DNA of 64,000 nucleotides. Origin: Candidatus Micrarchaeota archaeon. GTDB taxonomy: Archaea > Iainarchaeota > Iainarchaeia > Iainarchaeales > JAGVWC01. Positions 1 to 9,495 of the stretch are shown piece after piece. Location: NCBI GenBank assembly GCA_043803815.1, contig JAZDJR010000031.1, forward strand, positions 613-64,612, read 5' to 3'. Numbering within the stretch: the stretch's first letter is position 1; every line of letters begins with the position of its first letter. The translations under genes were made by a program, and so were the position numbers. The notes under the pieces are model-generated. The model was given only the letters and a program-made list of their open reading frames with translations. It was not told the DNA's origin and did not search any database.

Positions 1-899
1 GGGGCATATATAATGCTTTTGCCGGCTTTGCCGTTGCGCATCAGGGAAATCATGATGCTGGTGGCCGTGACTTCCAAAAAAATGTAAAACGAAACGACGA
101 ACAGGATATAGTTTTGGAATTGCAGGCTGGCCGCAATGGTATCCGCGTTTTGGGCAATGCTGGTTTTGCTGGCGGTTGCAATCAAAAACGTAAGCACGCT
201 TGAGTTTAATCCGAACAGGCCGGGTGCGACGATTGCGCCGGCGGCGGCGAGTAGCATGATTCCCATTGTGGTGCGGGCTTTTCGTTCCATGTCGATTCTT
301 TTGAGTTCGCGGATGTCATCCGATATCTGGTCGAGTATTTCGGCAAGTCCCGCACCGCTCTTTATCGAGTCTACGATAATGGTGGTGGCGCGTTTGAGGA
401 GGCGGGAATCGTTGTTTTCGGCCAGGGATTTGAAGCTGTTTTCGAGGTTTTCCCCTTCGTCCAGCTTTCGAAGCACGAGTTCAAGTTCGCGGGTTAGCGG
501 CCCGAAATCGTTTTGGACGAGTTCGCGCAGGGCAAATTCATAGGTTCCACCGGCTTTTAAAGTGTCCGCGATTTGTTTGAGCGCATCGGGCAGCAGTCGT
601 TCGATTTCTTCGATGCGCCGCATTTCAAGGTAATACGGGTATCCTAGCGACAGGTCAAGCAGGACGAATAAGACGATGATGCTTAGCAATAGCGGGTTGT
701 CGAACCCAAAAAAGTTCAGCAAAAAAAACGAGATAATGGAAAATGCGATCGAGGCGCCGAAAGCAAGGCCAAGCCAGGTGAGCACGTTGACGTTGATTTT
801 GTTGCGTTTGAGGTTGTTGGCATAGTGCGTAATGTAACTGTTGTCCAGTATTTTCTGGTAAAATTGCTGGATTATTTCCTGGATTGATTTTGAAGCCAT
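1..899 (-). CDS. T2SSF-domain integral membrane protein (TadC/FlaJ-like, second platform protein). Partial: the 3' end runs off the window start.
   Basis: Reverse-strand ATG at 899 opens MASKSIQEIIQQFYQKILDNSYITHYANNLKRNK..., followed by a TM segment (LTWLGLAFGASIAFSIISFF) and a GspF/TadC-like soluble domain. No stop codon is reached before position 1. It lies directly downstream of, and overlaps by 5 nt with, the first T2SSF gene. It is absent from the ORF track because it is open-ended. Confidence 0.55.
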   Translation of the reverse strand, partial: MASKSIQEIIQQFYQKILDNSYITHYANNLKRNKINVNVLTWLGLAFGASIAFSIISFFLLNFFGFDNPLLLSIIVLFVLLDLSLGYPYYLEMRRIEEIERLLPDALKQIADTLKAGGTYEFALRELVQNDFGPLTRELELVLRKLDEGENLENSFKSLAENNDSRLLKRATTIIVDSIKSGAGLAEILDQISDDIRELKRIDMERKARTTMGIMLLAAAGAIVAPGLFGLNSSVLTFLIATASKTSIAQNADTIAASLQFQNYILFVVSFYIFLEVTATSIMISLMRNGKAGKSIIYA

Positions 900-903
900 T
901 TTT

Positions 904-1998
904 TCACACTCTGGGTTGCGCGTTTTTCAGGTAAAAAATAAATAAGGCCATAATGGCGGGCATGATGACAAAAAACATGATTCCCATAAATGCAGGGGTG
1001 ACCGGAATGTCGATTTGCATGGGCAAAGGGGCGGCGCGTATTCCTGCCATGGTCAGGACCATGGCGGGCATGACAATGATGGAAAAAATGAAAATGACTC
1101 CGAAAAAGTTCATTTTTTCTGCGAATTCGCGGATTTGGTTTTGCTGTTCGGAAGCGATGTCTTCGGCAATGTCGGTCATGACTTCGGAAAGGTTTCCGCC
1201 GGTTTTCATGGCGCGCACCATGTGTAGTAGCGCGTTGCGAAGCCCTTTGGACTGGACGCGGTTGGCGGTGGAGCGCAATGCTTCCTGCGCGTCGGTTCCC
1301 TGTTCGATTTCGGTGATGGTTTTTGCAAATTCCTGGCTAAGCACGCCATAGTCGGCCTGTGCGATGATTTGAATCGTGCGGTACAATCCGATTCCGCTTT
1401 TGAGTTCGGTTGCCATGTGGCGAAGCGCAAAAGGCAGTTCGGTTGAGACGTCGTTTCCCCTGCTTTCGGCCTGGCGCTTGGGTTCCCACAGCATGAGTAA
1501 AGCCGCGATTATTCCGAAAAGCAAAGTGAATAAAATCACCAGTATCAATTGGACCCAAATGTTGGCGTTGAGCAAAAACGCGGTTATGCTTCCGGTAATC
1601 AGTCCGGCAATGGCCGCGATTACGGTGACCGCGGTTGTGAGCACGAAGTATTGGCTTAAGCTGTAGTGCATGTTGGCGGCGTACAGGTAAAAATTCAGGG
1701 TCTGGGCCTGCGGCAAAGTCGCAAGCATTTTGGCTAGTGGCCTAAGCGGGTTTCGCAATCGAAGGTAAAACCGGCCAAGCGCGCTGATGAGCGGGGATTT
1801 GAATTCCGCGAGTTCTTCCACGTTTTGGATTTTTAGCGCGTGGTCGGGCCCGTCCAGAATGAGTCCGCGCAGTTCGCCTAAGCCGCCTTCTGGTTTTTTG
1901 TAGTCCGTTCCTTCGGCCTCGAATTTTTTTTTCATTTTGTCGACGATTTTGTCGACGACTTTCGGGTCGATTTCTTCTTTGGCTTTGTTTTCGCTCAT
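904..1998 (-). CDS. T2SSF-domain membrane protein (TadB/TadC/FlaJ-like pilus platform protein)
   Basis: 364 aa. Cytoplasmic N-terminus, then a hydrophobic helix hairpin, then a GspF-like domain (GIGLYRTIQIIAQADYGVLSQEF...ALRSTANRV), then C-terminal TM helices. It sits 12 nt downstream of the secretion ATPase on the same strand. Confidence 0.65.
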   Translation of the reverse strand: MSENKAKEEIDPKVVDKIVDKMKKKFEAEGTDYKKPEGGLGELRGLILDGPDHALKIQNVEELAEFKSPLISALGRFYLRLRNPLRPLAKMLATLPQAQTLNFYLYAANMHYSLSQYFVLTTAVTVIAAIAGLITGSITAFLLNANIWVQLILVILFTLLFGIIAALLMLWEPKRQAESRGNDVSTELPFALRHMATELKSGIGLYRTIQIIAQADYGVLSQEFAKTITEIEQGTDAQEALRSTANRVQSKGLRNALLHMVRAMKTGGNLSEVMTDIAEDIASEQQNQIREFAEKMNFFGVIFIFSIIVMPAMVLTMAGIRAAPLPMQIDIPVTPAFMGIMFFVIMPAIMALFIFYLKNAQPRV

Positions 1999-2009
1999 TT
2001 TGATTCCTT

Positions 2010-5000
2010 TTAATTGTTGAAAAATTCAATCAATTTTTGGCGGAACGGCCCCAACTCGTGCACGTCTTGCTCCACCATTTTTTTTAAGAATTGTTTTCGC
2101 TTTTCAATTTCCATTTCAAGCATTTCTTTGGTGAATCCTGTGAACTTTTGAAGCTTTTTTAAGTATTGGATTGGAATCACGGTGCGTTCGATTTCGTCGT
2201 TAACGGGGTTCCATTCGAAAATGTTTTGGGTTTTCACGTTGCCTTCCAGGGCGCCGATGACCTGCGAGATTTCGGTTATTCTTCGGATGGTTCCTTTTTT
2301 CTTGTCGTGCAGCCGGTTTTCCACAATCACAAAGTCCAAGCCCGCCAGCATGGTTTGCGGAACGCTCATAGGGGGCGACATTACGCGTACCAATGTTTCT
2401 TCCGGGGAGTTTGCGTGCACCGTGCCAAGAGAATTGCCGACAATGATTCCTTCCGCGACAAAATTATGCGGTTTTGTCCCGGTAGAAACTGCTTCGTTTA
2501 AGGTTAGGTCATAAACAAATCCGTTATATGGGTGGGAGTGGATTGCGACCGTGCGGTCCCAAAATATTTCTGATTCTGCCAGTTGCCGCAAGGTTTTGCA
2601 ATCCAGTCCGATGGATTCAAACGCCAAAACCAGTTTGGACAGCGTTTCTTTGCTTGGCATGCGTTTGCGTTGAACGTAAAAGTTCAGCAGGCCTTGGCTT
2701 ACCCCTGCTTTGTTGGCGATAGCTTGCTGGCTGAACCCATTTTTTTTGGCTTGTTTTAACAGGTTGATGATATATTCGTTGCAGGGAATGACGTTTACGT
2801 TGGTATTGGATACGGTATTTTTATTTATCAGCTCAAGCAGTTTTTTTCTTTTTTCTCCGAACCGAATTGGGTAAATGGATGCGAAGCGTTTTACTTGGTC
2901 GATGCCGTAAACGTACAATCGATACCAGCGGGAATTGGGTGCGTTGGACTCGTATTTTCGCGAATGGATGCCTTCGATTAATAGCGCATATTTGAAAAAA
3001 TCGATGTATTCTTCGTTGGCATTGGTGAAAACCATTGCATTATTGGCAGCGTCAACGTATCCTTCCGCGTCAAAAAAACCCGCGACAAAAGAACGCAAGT
3101 CATTTTGGTAATGCGAATTGGACATGGCTATTTTTTGTCGCGAACCCGCAGGAATGTCCAGTTGTTCAATCACTTTTTTTGTCATTTCGACGCCGGTTGC
3201 ATGAATTTCGTAACAGTTTTTTTTCGGCCTCGGATTAACAATTTGCAGGTGGGGTTGGTGGAACTGTTCCTGCATAAACCGTACAAAAGACGGAACAGCC
3301 AAAGGTTCTTCCGTATACAAGCTGATGCGCGCGTCGTTGCATGCATAGGTTTTTCCGTTTTTCTCGCGCATTCGGATTTTTTGCAGGACGCTTCCGTCGC
3401 CGTGCAATAATCCGCTCCAGTATTCTATTTCGGGTTCGTTCGCGGCTGTGTCGCGCATTAACCTTGAAGGGGTGGCGATAAATTGGCCCTCGGATAATTC
3501 TTCGGCTTTAACGGCGGCAAGTCCTTTTTCAATGGAATAAAGCGGGTGGTTTCCCGTGCACGTGATTTCGTTTCCGGAAGCCATTTTGATATGGTAAACC
3601 GTTCCGTCAAACGGGCGGCGGCGGACTTGCTTTATGTCGGAACGATAAATTTTTCCGTTTTCATCCAGCGAATTGATAAATTCGTTTTCAACATCGCAAA
3701 CCAGCCAATCGCCCTCCTTCCATTCGTTTCCGCGCGAAAGCTGGCCGTCAACAAACGAACCGATTTCACCGATTCCATTAGTGAATGCAATTTTGGCGTC
3801 CGGAGTCAAACAACCGTCATGTCCGGTATTGAGCGCGGTGAATAGGGTGAACGCTTCCGCGTGTCGGACTTCGCCGACAATGATTCGGTCGGGCCGCATG
3901 CGCAAGGCGTTTTTGGTCAAGATGTCCAATGTGAGTTCTCCGGTTCCTTCCAGTCCCGGCGGCCGTCCTTCGAGGCGAATCCAGTGCTTGATGGGCAAAT
4001 TGAGTTCCGCGGTGTCTTCAATCGTGATGATGCGTTCGCGTTCCGGAATTAATGAGGACAAAACATTTAGGGTCGAGGTTTTTCCGCTGCCCGTGCCCCC
4101 GGAAATCAAAATGCTTCCGGGCTTGGTTCCAAGGCCGTCGACGCACAGCCACAAAAACGCGGCGGTTTCAAGATTCAGTGTTTTTAATTTGATTAAATCA
4201 ATCAGGGTGTACGGGTCTTTTCTGAATTTTCGGATGGTTAAGGAGCTTCCTTCAACGGAAGCGGGGGGAACGGTTGCGTTTACGCGGCTGCCGTCCGGTA
4301 ATCGCGCGTCTAAAAGCGGGGAAGAAATATCGACGCGCCTTCCTACTTCGCGCGCGATGCGGTTAATCAAATCCTGTATTTCGTCGTCGTTGTAAAATTC
4401 GATGTTTGTGGTCATCATTTCGTATTGCCGGTGAAACACATACACGGGCCGCTTGGCGGAAATAACCATGATTTCTTCGAGGCGGTCGTCCTGAATCAAC
4501 AAGTCGATTATTCCGTATCCGACCATTTCGCGCACCACTGCGGTGGCGTAAAAATCGAACCGGTTTTCGGGAATATTGAGTTCGGGGCTGTTGTGCAGGA
4601 TTTCCTGTATTTTTTGGTAGTATACGTTTCGTTTTTGCTGGGCGTCGCGGATTTTGTAGGGTGCAATCGAAATCAGGCGGGTTGCGGCTTCCTTAATGGC
4701 GTTAATGATTGCTTTTTCTCCTGCCGTCGGCTTTGGAACCGGAATTTCATAATGATACAGGTCGCTTCCGGATACGCGGTAAATTTTGGCTTCGCCGTAG
4801 GATTCCACGAGGGTTTTTTGGCCGGGAGAATATTCAATAATGGGTTCCGGTTCGCTTGGAATGGGCTGAATGATGGCGGCGGTTTGGTTTTTGGTTTCGC
4901 GGATTTTTTCGACTTGCTGCTGTTCTTTGGTTAGCCGCACTTCGGGCCCTTTTAGGGGCTCGGGCTCGGAAATTTTGAGCTCCCCCATTTTTTGGTTCAG

Positions 5001-5108
5001 GAATTTTTCAGCGAGTTTGGGTTCGGTAAATACTTCGGGTTTTTGCCCAGCGGAGTCTTTTTTTTTCTCCCTGGCTTTTTTCAGCATTTCTTCAAAATAA
5101 TCGGTCAT
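2010..5108 (-). CDS. VirB11/TadA/FlaI (KlbA-like) family secretion/pilus-assembly ATPase interrupted by an intein
   Basis: 1032 aa. Walker A ILISGGTGSGKTST, Asp box IITIEDTAELN, Walker B RPDRIIVGEVR. The His box is split as NTGHDG|C...intein...VGN|SLGTVHANS. The joined extein would be about 572 aa. Confidence 0.85.
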   Translation of the reverse strand: MTDYFEEMLKKAREKKKDSAGQKPEVFTEPKLAEKFLNQKMGELKISEPEPLKGPEVRLTKEQQQVEKIRETKNQTAAIIQPIPSEPEPIIEYSPGQKTLVESYGEAKIYRVSGSDLYHYEIPVPKPTAGEKAIINAIKEAATRLISIAPYKIRDAQQKRNVYYQKIQEILHNSPELNIPENRFDFYATAVVREMVGYGIIDLLIQDDRLEEIMVISAKRPVYVFHRQYEMMTTNIEFYNDDEIQDLINRIAREVGRRVDISSPLLDARLPDGSRVNATVPPASVEGSSLTIRKFRKDPYTLIDLIKLKTLNLETAAFLWLCVDGLGTKPGSILISGGTGSGKTSTLNVLSSLIPERERIITIEDTAELNLPIKHWIRLEGRPPGLEGTGELTLDILTKNALRMRPDRIIVGEVRHAEAFTLFTALNTGHDGCLTPDAKIAFTNGIGEIGSFVDGQLSRGNEWKEGDWLVCDVENEFINSLDENGKIYRSDIKQVRRRPFDGTVYHIKMASGNEITCTGNHPLYSIEKGLAAVKAEELSEGQFIATPSRLMRDTAANEPEIEYWSGLLHGDGSVLQKIRMREKNGKTYACNDARISLYTEEPLAVPSFVRFMQEQFHQPHLQIVNPRPKKNCYEIHATGVEMTKKVIEQLDIPAGSRQKIAMSNSHYQNDLRSFVAGFFDAEGYVDAANNAMVFTNANEEYIDFFKYALLIEGIHSRKYESNAPNSRWYRLYVYGIDQVKRFASIYPIRFGEKRKKLLELINKNTVSNTNVNVIPCNEYIINLLKQAKKNGFSQQAIANKAGVSQGLLNFYVQRKRMPSKETLSKLVLAFESIGLDCKTLRQLAESEIFWDRTVAIHSHPYNGFVYDLTLNEAVSTGTKPHNFVAEGIIVGNSLGTVHANSPEETLVRVMSPPMSVPQTMLAGLDFVIVENRLHDKKKGTIRRITEISQVIGALEGNVKTQNIFEWNPVNDEIERTVIPIQYLKKLQKFTGFTKEMLEMEIEKRKQFLKKMVEQDVHELGPFRQKLIEFFNN
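2433..3812 (-). mobile_element. Intein (about 460 aa) with LAGLIDADG homing endonuclease inserted in the ATPase His box
   Basis: Block A CLTPDAKIAF. Block B ITCTGNHPLYS. LAGLIDADG motifs WSGLLHGDGSV and FVAGFFDAEGYV. C-terminal blocks VYDLTL...KPHNFVAEGIIVGN followed by Ser as the +1 residue. The penultimate residue is Gly rather than the usual His. Confidence 0.8.
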
Positions 5109-5210
5109 CGGTTTCGTTATATCAAGGAGAGCCGGATTTTTAATGCTTTATTTTTCGGGGTTCGGTTTTCAAAAACAGCAGTATTGGGGCGATTTTGGAT
5201 TTTTTTTTGC

Positions 5211-7163
5211 TTAATATAAAAAATTCGTTTGCCTTTTTTGCATGATTTCGACGGTTTTTTGAATGAAACCGTCCAGTTTGCAGTCGGGAATCTGTTTCCC
5301 ATTTGCCAGCCGGACAGTGACCGTGTTTTCTTTTTCTTCGCGTTCGCCGACCACGACCATAATCGGCACTTTGTCCAATTGGGCCTGGCGGACTTTGTAG
5401 GACAGGGTGTTGTTGCTTTCGTCCAGTTCGGAAATGATTCTGAGTTCTTTTAGCCGGTTTTGGACGGTTTTGGCGTAAGCGGCGAACTTGTCCGATAATG
5501 GCAAAATGCGGATGGGGTTGGGTGAAATCCACGGCGGAAAAGCGCCTTTGTAATGTTCAATCAGAATGGCTGTGAATCGCTCCAAGCTGCCGAATGGCGC
5601 GCGGTGAATGATAACTGGCCGGTGCGGCTGGTCGTCGGAACCGATATAGTTCAGGTCGAATCTTTCCGGCAGGTTGTAATCGAGTTGAATCGTTCCCAAT
5701 TGCCATTCCCGGCCAAGCGAATCCTTGACAATGATGTCGGCTTTTGGGCCGTAAAACGCGGCTTCGCCTTTTTCCAAAGAATATGGAATTTTTTTTTCTT
5801 TGAGAACGTTTTCAATGCCGGTTTCGGCTTTTTCCCAGTTTTGCGCACTTCCGATGTATTTGGTGCTTTCAGGGTCGCGGGTTCCCAATCTAATGCGAAA
5901 ATCGGAAATTCCAAACAGGGCGAGCGCTTTGACCACCAAATCGAAAATGTCGCCGAATTCCGCGGGAATTTGTTCCTGGGTCACGAATAAATGGGCGTCA
6001 TCCTGCGTGAGTCCGCGTACGCGGAGCAGTCCCGTGAGTTCGCCGGATTTTTCAAACCGGTAAACTGTTCCGAATTCGCCGAGGCGGACCGGCAGTTCGC
6101 GGTAGCTGCGCCGGCGGGAAGCATAAATCTGGATATGAAACGGGCAGTTCATGGGCTTGAGCAGGTATTCTTCGCCTTCAATGTCAATGGGCGCGTACAT
6201 GGTGTCTTTGTAATACGGATAATGCCCCGAGATTTCGTATAAGCGCTTGTTGGCCAGGTGCGGAGTTACGACCATTTGATAACCGCGGCTGAATTGTTCT
6301 TCGCGCATGAATTCTTCGAGTTTGTGCCGGATCCATGCTCCTTTGGGGTGCCAAAGCGGAAGGCCTTTGCCGACCAGCGGAGAAATGGAAAACAAGTCGA
6401 GTTCTTTTCCCAGGCGCAAGTGGCTTCTTTTTTCTGCTTCTTCGCGCGCTTTGAGCCATTCGTCCTGCATTTTTTGTTCGGGAAACGCGATTCCGTAAAT
6501 GCGCTGGAGCATTTTGTTTTTTTCGCTTCCGCGCCAGTAAGCGCCGCCGGTTTTGATTAGTTTGACGGCTTTTATTTTTCCGGTTTGTTCCACGTGGCCG
6601 CCTTTGCACAGGTCAAAGAACTGTCCCTGCGAATAAATCGACAATTTTTTGCCCGTGCCGACAAATTCCTCGATGAGTTCCTGCTTGTAGGCGTTTTGGC
6701 CGAATTTTTTGAGTGCTTCTTCTTTGGTGACGTCGTGGCGCACAATGGTCCGGTTTTTTTTGAAAATTTCAAGCATTTTTTGCTCGATTTTTTGCAGGTC
6801 TTCTTCGTTGAACGGCTGTTCCACGTCAAAATCGTAATAAAATCCGTCGTCAATCGGAGGGCCGATGGTGGGCAAGGCGTTTGGATACAATTCGTGGACG
6901 GCTTCCGCTAAAACGTGCGAAGCCGTGTGCCAAAGCGCTTTTTTTCCGTCCAAATCTTTCCAGGTTAAAACGCGAAACTCCCCGTTTTCGGTCAAGGGCC
7001 GCTCGAGTTCAAAAATAGTTCCGTTCAATTCGACTGCCAAGGCATCCAGGGCTAAGCGGCTTCCGATTTTTTCCGCCACTTGCCGGCCGGTAATGCCGCC
7101 GGGAAATTTTTGCCTGGTTTGGTCAGGAAAAACAAGTTCGATTGGGGATGCCATACTTTTCAC
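5211..7163 (-). CDS. thrS: Threonyl-tRNA synthetase (bacterial-type architecture with TGS and N2 editing-like domains)
   Basis: 650 aa. HTASHVLAEAVHELYP second additional domain. Class II motifs (YKDTMYAP...FHIQIYASRRRSYRELP, RVRGLTQDDAHLF). Anticodon-binding C-terminal domain. Confidence 0.9.
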   Translation of the reverse strand: MKSMASPIELVFPDQTRQKFPGGITGRQVAEKIGSRLALDALAVELNGTIFELERPLTENGEFRVLTWKDLDGKKALWHTASHVLAEAVHELYPNALPTIGPPIDDGFYYDFDVEQPFNEEDLQKIEQKMLEIFKKNRTIVRHDVTKEEALKKFGQNAYKQELIEEFVGTGKKLSIYSQGQFFDLCKGGHVEQTGKIKAVKLIKTGGAYWRGSEKNKMLQRIYGIAFPEQKMQDEWLKAREEAEKRSHLRLGKELDLFSISPLVGKGLPLWHPKGAWIRHKLEEFMREEQFSRGYQMVVTPHLANKRLYEISGHYPYYKDTMYAPIDIEGEEYLLKPMNCPFHIQIYASRRRSYRELPVRLGEFGTVYRFEKSGELTGLLRVRGLTQDDAHLFVTQEQIPAEFGDIFDLVVKALALFGISDFRIRLGTRDPESTKYIGSAQNWEKAETGIENVLKEKKIPYSLEKGEAAFYGPKADIIVKDSLGREWQLGTIQLDYNLPERFDLNYIGSDDQPHRPVIIHRAPFGSLERFTAILIEHYKGAFPPWISPNPIRILPLSDKFAAYAKTVQNRLKELRIISELDESNNTLSYKVRQAQLDKVPIMVVVGEREEKENTVTVRLANGKQIPDCKLDGFIQKTVEIMQKRQTNFLY

Positions 7164-7272
7164 CCGCTTTCCTACAACAAAAGGGGACCAAGAAAACCTG
7201 CATAAAAGGATTTAAAAAACGCCTTTTTTTTGCCGTTTACCGGCAATCCCGCCCCGAAAGCATTAATGAATT

Positions 7273-8544
7273 TTGCATCGTTTTAGGTGCATGATTTCCG
7301 CTTCCCTGTGCATTTCCTGCAAAGGCCGTTATTGGTGCGGTTTGTCCAAGTGCCCGATTTTGGAAAAGTTTTCCGCAAAGCAAATGGCTTTGCAGGCGTT
7401 TTTCGGCCGCGAATTTGAAGGCAGTTCCCCGCCCAGCGTGTTTGTTTCCTGGACCAACTATCCCAATGTTTCAATTGCGCCCTTGGCACCGCCCGTAGTG
7501 TCGGAAAAAAACGCGGTAATGGACGACCCCGAACACTGGTTTGGCCTGCCATCCGAAAAAATCGTTTCCATGCGCTCGCAGTTGATTCAAAGCAAGACTC
7601 CAGCCAAAGTGACCAGCGCCGCGAACCCGTCGGTGGCATTGTCGGATTTGCAGGAACTCGCGATGAGCGAAAAGCCCGTGCAGGCGGAATTCGAATTGTG
7701 GGAAAAACCCAGATTGAATTTGTCGTTTCATGAGGGAACCGCGCCGATGGGTCCGACGGGAAACCTGAAAAAAATGGTGCTGCGGGAAAATATCCGCGTT
7801 CCCAAAAAAGTGGATTATCTGGTTTCCGATACCGCGGTCAAAAGCGGGACCGCGATTCGGGAATTGTACGAAAGCGATTTTTCCGTGCATTTTTTGACCA
7901 AACTGCTAAGCGCGGGAAACCTTGGCATAAAAAAAGACCGCACACTCGTGCCCACGCGCTGGAGCATTACCGCAGTCGACGACAGCGTTTCAAAATACTT
8001 AATCGAGGAATTCGTCAAGGATTTCCAAGTTATCGGGGAACTGGAATTGTTTCACGCGGTGTACTCCGACAATCATTTTTGGGTGCTCTTGGTTCCGCAA
8101 AACTGGGGCTTTGAAATGATGGAGTGCTGGCTTCCTGGCTCCCCTTGGACTTTGCAGGACAGCGATTACCAAAAATCGCAAATCTATGCGGTCATCGAGG
8201 ATTTTGAATTTTATTCCGGAAGGACAGCGTACGCCGATAATATTACGGGCGCCTATTACGCCTGCCGCCTCGCGGTTGCCGAACACCTCGTGAACCGAAA
8301 GCGCCAGGCAACCGCCATCGTGTTCCGCGAAATCGGAAGCGGTTATGTTTCGCCTTTGGGTGTTTGGGTTATCCGCGAAACCGTGCGCTACGCGCTCAAG
8401 CAAAAGTCCCTGTTTTTTTCCGACCTGAACTTGGTTCTCGCATTTTTAAAAGAACGGCTCAAAACCCCCTTGGAAAATTTTCAAAAAAAATCGGTTTTAT
8501 TGGATTCCCTGAAAAATCAGTCGCGCCTGTCGAAATGGTTTTAG
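7273..8544 (+). CDS. Conserved archaeal protein with N-terminal C4 zinc ribbon (possibly Nre-like); function unknown
   Basis: 423 aa. CISCKGRYWCGLSKCP zinc-ribbon-like motif at the N-terminus. Divergently transcribed from thrS. The family assignment is from memory only. Confidence 0.4.
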   Translation: MHRFRCMISASLCISCKGRYWCGLSKCPILEKFSAKQMALQAFFGREFEGSSPPSVFVSWTNYPNVSIAPLAPPVVSEKNAVMDDPEHWFGLPSEKIVSMRSQLIQSKTPAKVTSAANPSVALSDLQELAMSEKPVQAEFELWEKPRLNLSFHEGTAPMGPTGNLKKMVLRENIRVPKKVDYLVSDTAVKSGTAIRELYESDFSVHFLTKLLSAGNLGIKKDRTLVPTRWSITAVDDSVSKYLIEEFVKDFQVIGELELFHAVYSDNHFWVLLVPQNWGFEMMECWLPGSPWTLQDSDYQKSQIYAVIEDFEFYSGRTAYADNITGAYYACRLAVAEHLVNRKRQATAIVFREIGSGYVSPLGVWVIRETVRYALKQKSLFFSDLNLVLAFLKERLKTPLENFQKKSVLLDSLKNQSRLSKWF

Positions 8545-8616
8545 AAAAACCGGAATGGTTTAGAAAAATCGATTTGCCCGATTCGTTCGCCAAGCAATCC
8601 GTTTAACATGGACGGT

Positions 8617-9459
8617 TTAACGTTTTCTTTTTCGGTTGCCGCGGGTTCGGCTTACGGCGGGCCTTCCCATGCTTTCGCGTGTGGCGGTTTGGAACCGCGG
8701 GTCTTCCTCGTATTCGCGGGTCCGTTTGGATAATTTTGCGGGTTGCGGCCGCGTGCTTTTTTTTGGTTCCGGAAAAACAATGTGGTTGGCCACGCGTTCT
8801 ATGACGCGTTTTCTATTGGGGTAAATGCGCCAGCCTTGCACGTCGCCGTGGGGCGTGATAAGGATTTTGGCGTTGAGCAGGCCGAGAATGGTAATCGTGA
8901 TTCTTTTGCGCTCGTCGCCTTTGATGCGGCGCGGATTGAGCTGGGCATGGTTCTGTTTGACGTAATTGCGCAAAGCGTTCGTATTGCACAAATACGCGTG
9001 CGTGGGCGTGATAAGCAAAAACTGGGTGGCGGCCTCGTTCATGAGTTCGCGGTTTAATGTCTTGATGTTGTCAAAAGTACCCATGTTTTCCATGTTTTGC
9101 GTTCCCTTGACTTCGATTCGGTTGGTTCCGTCCCAAGACATCAAATCGACGCCCGGCATGGGCGGGTGCGGGCGGATATAATCGGGAAAAATCTTGTGGG
9201 CTAATTGTTCGTAGGTTTCACCATTGGTTCGCGCTTGGTTTCCCATTCTGCGCAATTGTTCGATTCGGCGCAACTGGTTTGGCTTGCCGGCATGCGGCTG
9301 GCGCTCGTCTGGACTGGCTTTGTCGGCAAACCGGGCGCTTGGCGAAAATTGCGCGCCGCGGTGTTCCATTTGTTCGCGAAAACCGTTGGAGAAAGCCGGC
9401 CGGTTTGCGGATTGTCCGCGGTTTTTTCCCATTCGCGGGTTCCTTGGTTTTCTTCCCAT
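8617..9459 (-). CDS. Hypothetical protein with highly basic N- and C-terminal tails
   Basis: 280 aa ORF. Arg/Lys-rich termini (MGRKPRNPRMGKNRGQ... ...RTRGNRKRKR) flank a globular core. The antisense ORFs over it look spurious. Confidence 0.45.
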   Translation of the reverse strand: MGRKPRNPRMGKNRGQSANRPAFSNGFREQMEHRGAQFSPSARFADKASPDERQPHAGKPNQLRRIEQLRRMGNQARTNGETYEQLAHKIFPDYIRPHPPMPGVDLMSWDGTNRIEVKGTQNMENMGTFDNIKTLNRELMNEAATQFLLITPTHAYLCNTNALRNYVKQNHAQLNPRRIKGDERKRITITILGLLNAKILITPHGDVQGWRIYPNRKRVIERVANHIVFPEPKKSTRPQPAKLSKRTREYEEDPRFQTATRESMGRPAVSRTRGNRKRKR

Positions 9460-9495
9460 GTCATTGGTTGGGTTTGAAGTCCAATAAAAAATCCG

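Noticed and set aside
136-543. 135-aa plus-strand ORF at the window start
   Set aside because: It lies antisense to a well-supported T2SSF membrane-protein gene. It is Ser/Arg/Ala-rich and low-complexity, with no motifs.
3673-4395. 240-aa plus-strand ORF inside the ATPase/intein gene
   Set aside because: Antisense to a motif-rich coding region. Its composition (S/P/R-rich) is typical of a reverse-frame artefact.
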